A stretch of 64,000 bases of DNA from Lachnospiraceae bacterium (GTDB lineage Bacteria > Bacillota > Clostridia > Lachnospirales > Lachnospiraceae), in contig JAJQHQ010000019.1 of NCBI GenBank assembly GCA_021199655.1, positions 12,511 through 76,510 on the forward strand, in the 5' to 3' direction. The notes under the pieces were generated by a model. The model was not told where the DNA came from and did no database searches. It saw nothing but the letters and a program-made list of their open reading frames with translations. The position numbers and the translations under genes are program-made. Positions 62,016 to 64,000 of this stretch are shown here, in pieces (positions within the stretch are counted from its first letter, which is position 1; every line of letters starts with the position of its first letter).

Positions 62016-62104
62016 CCGCAGCGAATACAAGGGACTGTTTTGAATAGTTACCTGCAGCTTACAGCTGCATGATCATACAATAAAAGTGAAAGGACTTAAG
62101 AAGA

Positions 62105-62326
62105 ATGAAAGAAAAAGTATTAGCGTTACTGGAAGAAGAATTTGCGGATATTGATTTTTCACAGGATGCTCTGGTAGACGATGGCATCCTGGATTCCCTG
62201 ACGATCGTATCCATGATCACGACCCTGTCGCTGGAATTTGGGATCACAATCCCCTATGATGAGGTAATCCCGGAGAACTTTAATTCTGTGGACGCGATTA
62301 CGGAACTGGTTGAAAAGCTTAGCTGA
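62105..62326 (+). CDS. Small acyl/D-alanyl carrier protein (DltC-like)
   Basis: 73 aa and acidic, with a phosphopantetheine-Ser context GILDSLTIVSMI. Directly follows the MBOAT gene. Confidence 0.75.
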   Translation: MKEKVLALLEEEFADIDFSQDALVDDGILDSLTIVSMITTLSLEFGITIPYDEVIPENFNSVDAITELVEKLS

Positions 62327-62329
62327 TAT

Positions 62330-62382
62330 GTAACTGCTCGGGAGGGCATCTCGTGACGTAAAAGTACGGAACAGTTGCGTAC
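62330..62382 (+). repeat. Degenerate, expanded GTAAC-hairpin repeat
   Basis: GTAACTGC...GTAAAAGTACGGAACAGTTGCGTAC, ending at the SD of the next gene. Confidence 0.55.
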
Positions 62383-62404
62383 AAAGGAGCATATTGATAT
62401 TAAA

Positions 62405-62902
62405 ATGAAAATTGTCGAGTACATTGTCCGAAAATTCTTTGAAATTCTGGAGAAGGTTTTCAAAATAAAAGTAAAGCCGGGTACGGTGGACGCCATCGTG
62501 CAGTTTGGAAAATTTGGCGTTGTTGGAGTGAGCAATACGGTCATTTCCTATGTGCTGTACGCCGGGACTCTGCTTGTGCTGCAGCGTGCGCAGCTGTTTG
62601 AGCGGGTTGATTATCTGATCTCTCAGGTGGTTGCGTTTGTGCTCAGCGTGCTATGGTCGTTCTACTGGAATAATCGGCTGGTATTCACCAGGACGGAAGG
62701 GAAACACCGCTCCTGGTGGCGTACTCTGCTGAAGACATACATATCGTATTCTTTTACAGGCCTGTTTTTAAGCAGCTTTCTGCTGATTCTCTGGGTGCAG
62801 GTCCTGGGTATTTCGGAGTTTATCGCGCCGATCTTCAATCTGATCATCAGCGTGCCGCTGAATTTTATCATCAATAAATTCTGGGCGTTCCGGGAGAAGT
62901 AA
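62405..62902 (+). CDS. GtrA-family membrane protein (polyprenyl-phosphate-sugar translocation)
   Basis: FGKFGVVGVSNTVISYVLY and C-terminal NFIINKFWAFR. Four TM helices. Confidence 0.8.
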   Translation: MKIVEYIVRKFFEILEKVFKIKVKPGTVDAIVQFGKFGVVGVSNTVISYVLYAGTLLVLQRAQLFERVDYLISQVVAFVLSVLWSFYWNNRLVFTRTEGKHRSWWRTLLKTYISYSFTGLFLSSFLLILWVQVLGISEFIAPIFNLIISVPLNFIINKFWAFREK

Positions 62903-62921
62903 GATCGGAAATGTTCCGCGA

Positions 62922-62947
62922 GAATGCGCCTGGCGCATTCTTTTATT
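62922..62947 (+). terminator. Rho-independent terminator (near-duplicate of 32029-32055)
   Basis: GAATGCGC-CTG-GCGCATTC followed by TTTTATT. Confidence 0.7.
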
Positions 62948-63050
62948 GTAAACGGCCGGATATTGGGTTATAATGCACGTGTTGGTTTAGGCGGCACATC
63001 TGAGCCGGATGTGCATGACTATGTGATACATTCAGGAGAATCATCTGTTT

Positions 63051-63827
63051 ATGAAAAAATTTTCAGAGATTTATCATTACCGCACCATGATAGCCAGTCT
63101 GATTAAACGGGATCTGCGCGGCAGATACAAAGGCTCCGTGCTCGGATTTGCATGGACTTTTTTGAATCCGCTCCTGCAGCTGCTGGTCTATACCATGGTA
63201 TTTTCAACGATCATGCGGGCGGGGATCGAGGATTACTATCTGTTTCTGTTTGTGGCGCTGATCCCCTGGATTTTCTTCAGCTCTTCCCTGACCGGCGGAG
63301 CCAGCTGTATCTGGGCGCAGAAAGAGATGGTCAAAAAGATTTATTTTCCGCGGGAAGTGCTGCCCATCTCCCATGTGACCTGCCAGCTGGTCAATATGCT
63401 GCTTTCTTTTATTATCGTATTTGCGGCGCTGCTGATATCGGGGAAGGGCGTGAAGGTGACGATTCTCTGTTATCTGATACCGGTGATCCTGGTAGAATAT
63501 CTGCTGGCGATCGGCATTGCCTTTATTTCTTCATCGCTGACCGTTTATTTTCGTGACCTGGAGCATATTCTGGGGATTGTTTCCATGGCCTGGCAGTTTC
63601 TGACTCCGGTCATGTATTCAGTGGATATGGTGCCGGAGAGCGTCATGCCCATATTTATGCTGAATCCCATGACGCCGATCATTACCGCTTACCGGGACGT
63701 TTTATACTATCATCAGGCACCGCAACTTTCCACGCTGGGGCATGCGTTTGGCCTGGGTATCGTATTTTTGCTGTTTGGCTGGTTCCTGTTCGGAAGGCTG
63801 GAACGGCATTTTGCGGAGGAATTGTAG
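63051..63827 (+). CDS. ABC-2-type polysaccharide/teichoic-acid export permease (TagG/Wzm-like)
   Basis: 6 TM helices, N-terminal YRTMIASLIKRDLRGRYKGSVLGFAWTFLNP (typical ABC-2 start), followed by an ATPase gene. Confidence 0.85.
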   Translation: MKKFSEIYHYRTMIASLIKRDLRGRYKGSVLGFAWTFLNPLLQLLVYTMVFSTIMRAGIEDYYLFLFVALIPWIFFSSSLTGGASCIWAQKEMVKKIYFPREVLPISHVTCQLVNMLLSFIIVFAALLISGKGVKVTILCYLIPVILVEYLLAIGIAFISSSLTVYFRDLEHILGIVSMAWQFLTPVMYSVDMVPESVMPIFMLNPMTPIITAYRDVLYYHQAPQLSTLGHAFGLGIVFLLFGWFLFGRLERHFAEEL

Positions 63828-64000
63828 ATGGAAGAGACTTACGCGATCGAAGTCGAGCATATATCGAAGCGTTTTAAAATCTATCCGGACAAGGGACATG
63901 AGATCAAAGATTATGTCACTTCCAGCCGGCGAAGAAAACATGAGAACCGGGAAGTCTTAAAGGACGTCAGCTTTAAGGTGAAAAAAGGGGAGGCAATCGG
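63828..64000 (+). CDS. ABC exporter ATP-binding protein (TagH/Wzt-like), 5' partial at window end
   Basis: The ATG is immediately after the TAG of the permease gene. MEETYAIEVEHISKRFKIY...VLKDVSFKVKKGEAIG runs into Walker A at the window edge. Confidence 0.75.
   Translation, partial: MEETYAIEVEHISKRFKIYPDKGHEIKDYVTSSRRRKHENREVLKDVSFKVKKGEAI

Overview
This 64-kb chromosomal segment looks like a Clostridia/Lachnospiraceae-type Firmicute. That is an inference from gene content (LL-DAP aminotransferase route, type-I glutamine synthetase plus ANTAR regulator, pstSCAB-phoU-phoPR, corrinoid methyltransferases) and GGAGG-type RBSs; no database search was possible. All recognisable genes but two are on the + strand.

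Layout:
- 0.5-21.5 kb is housekeeping. It holds a murein-peptide recycling cluster (L-Ala-D/L-Glu epimerase, NlpC/P60::beta-lactamase-like fusion, transglutaminase-like protein, LD-carboxypeptidase), glnA plus an ANTAR protein, dapF-dapL, a MutS-related ATPase, an Sfp-type PPTase, a sugar nucleotidyltransferase, and pstSCAB-phoU plus a two-component system.
- 21.5-22.4 kb is a small AT-rich islet with two minus-strand genes. One is a DUF4160 gene with an in-frame stop.
- 22.4-64 kb holds an L,D-transpeptidase followed by a very large cell-surface glycopolymer locus: rmlA, a polymerase-like::GT26 fusion, GT4s, CDP-3,6-dideoxyhexose genes rfbF/G/H plus a ThDP enzyme and an SDR, GtrB-like and GtrA-like genes, several GT-C-like polytopic proteins, an MBOAT + carrier protein + SGNH module, and an ABC-2 exporter.
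- That locus is interrupted at 32.4-38.7 kb by a corrinoid-dependent methyltransferase island and at 38.7-40.6 kb by an AT-richer segment encoding a sigma-region-4::alpha-CTD-like protein.

Most unusual signals:
1. A GTAAC-terminated hairpin/MITE-like repeat family fills many intercistronic spacers and repeatedly supplies the TAA stop of the upstream gene.
2. GC-rich modules of the same repeat system are read in frame inside at least four enzyme ORFs, always in the same frame. This resembles Rickettsia palindromic elements.
3. Four paralogous GLUG-like extracellular modules are fused to GT-C or SGNH membrane proteins.
4. Two homopolymer (G7, T9) frameshifts split GT-C genes.
5. A Dlt-like MBOAT/carrier/SGNH triad has no ligase in the window.

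No rRNA, tRNA or CRISPR array was seen.
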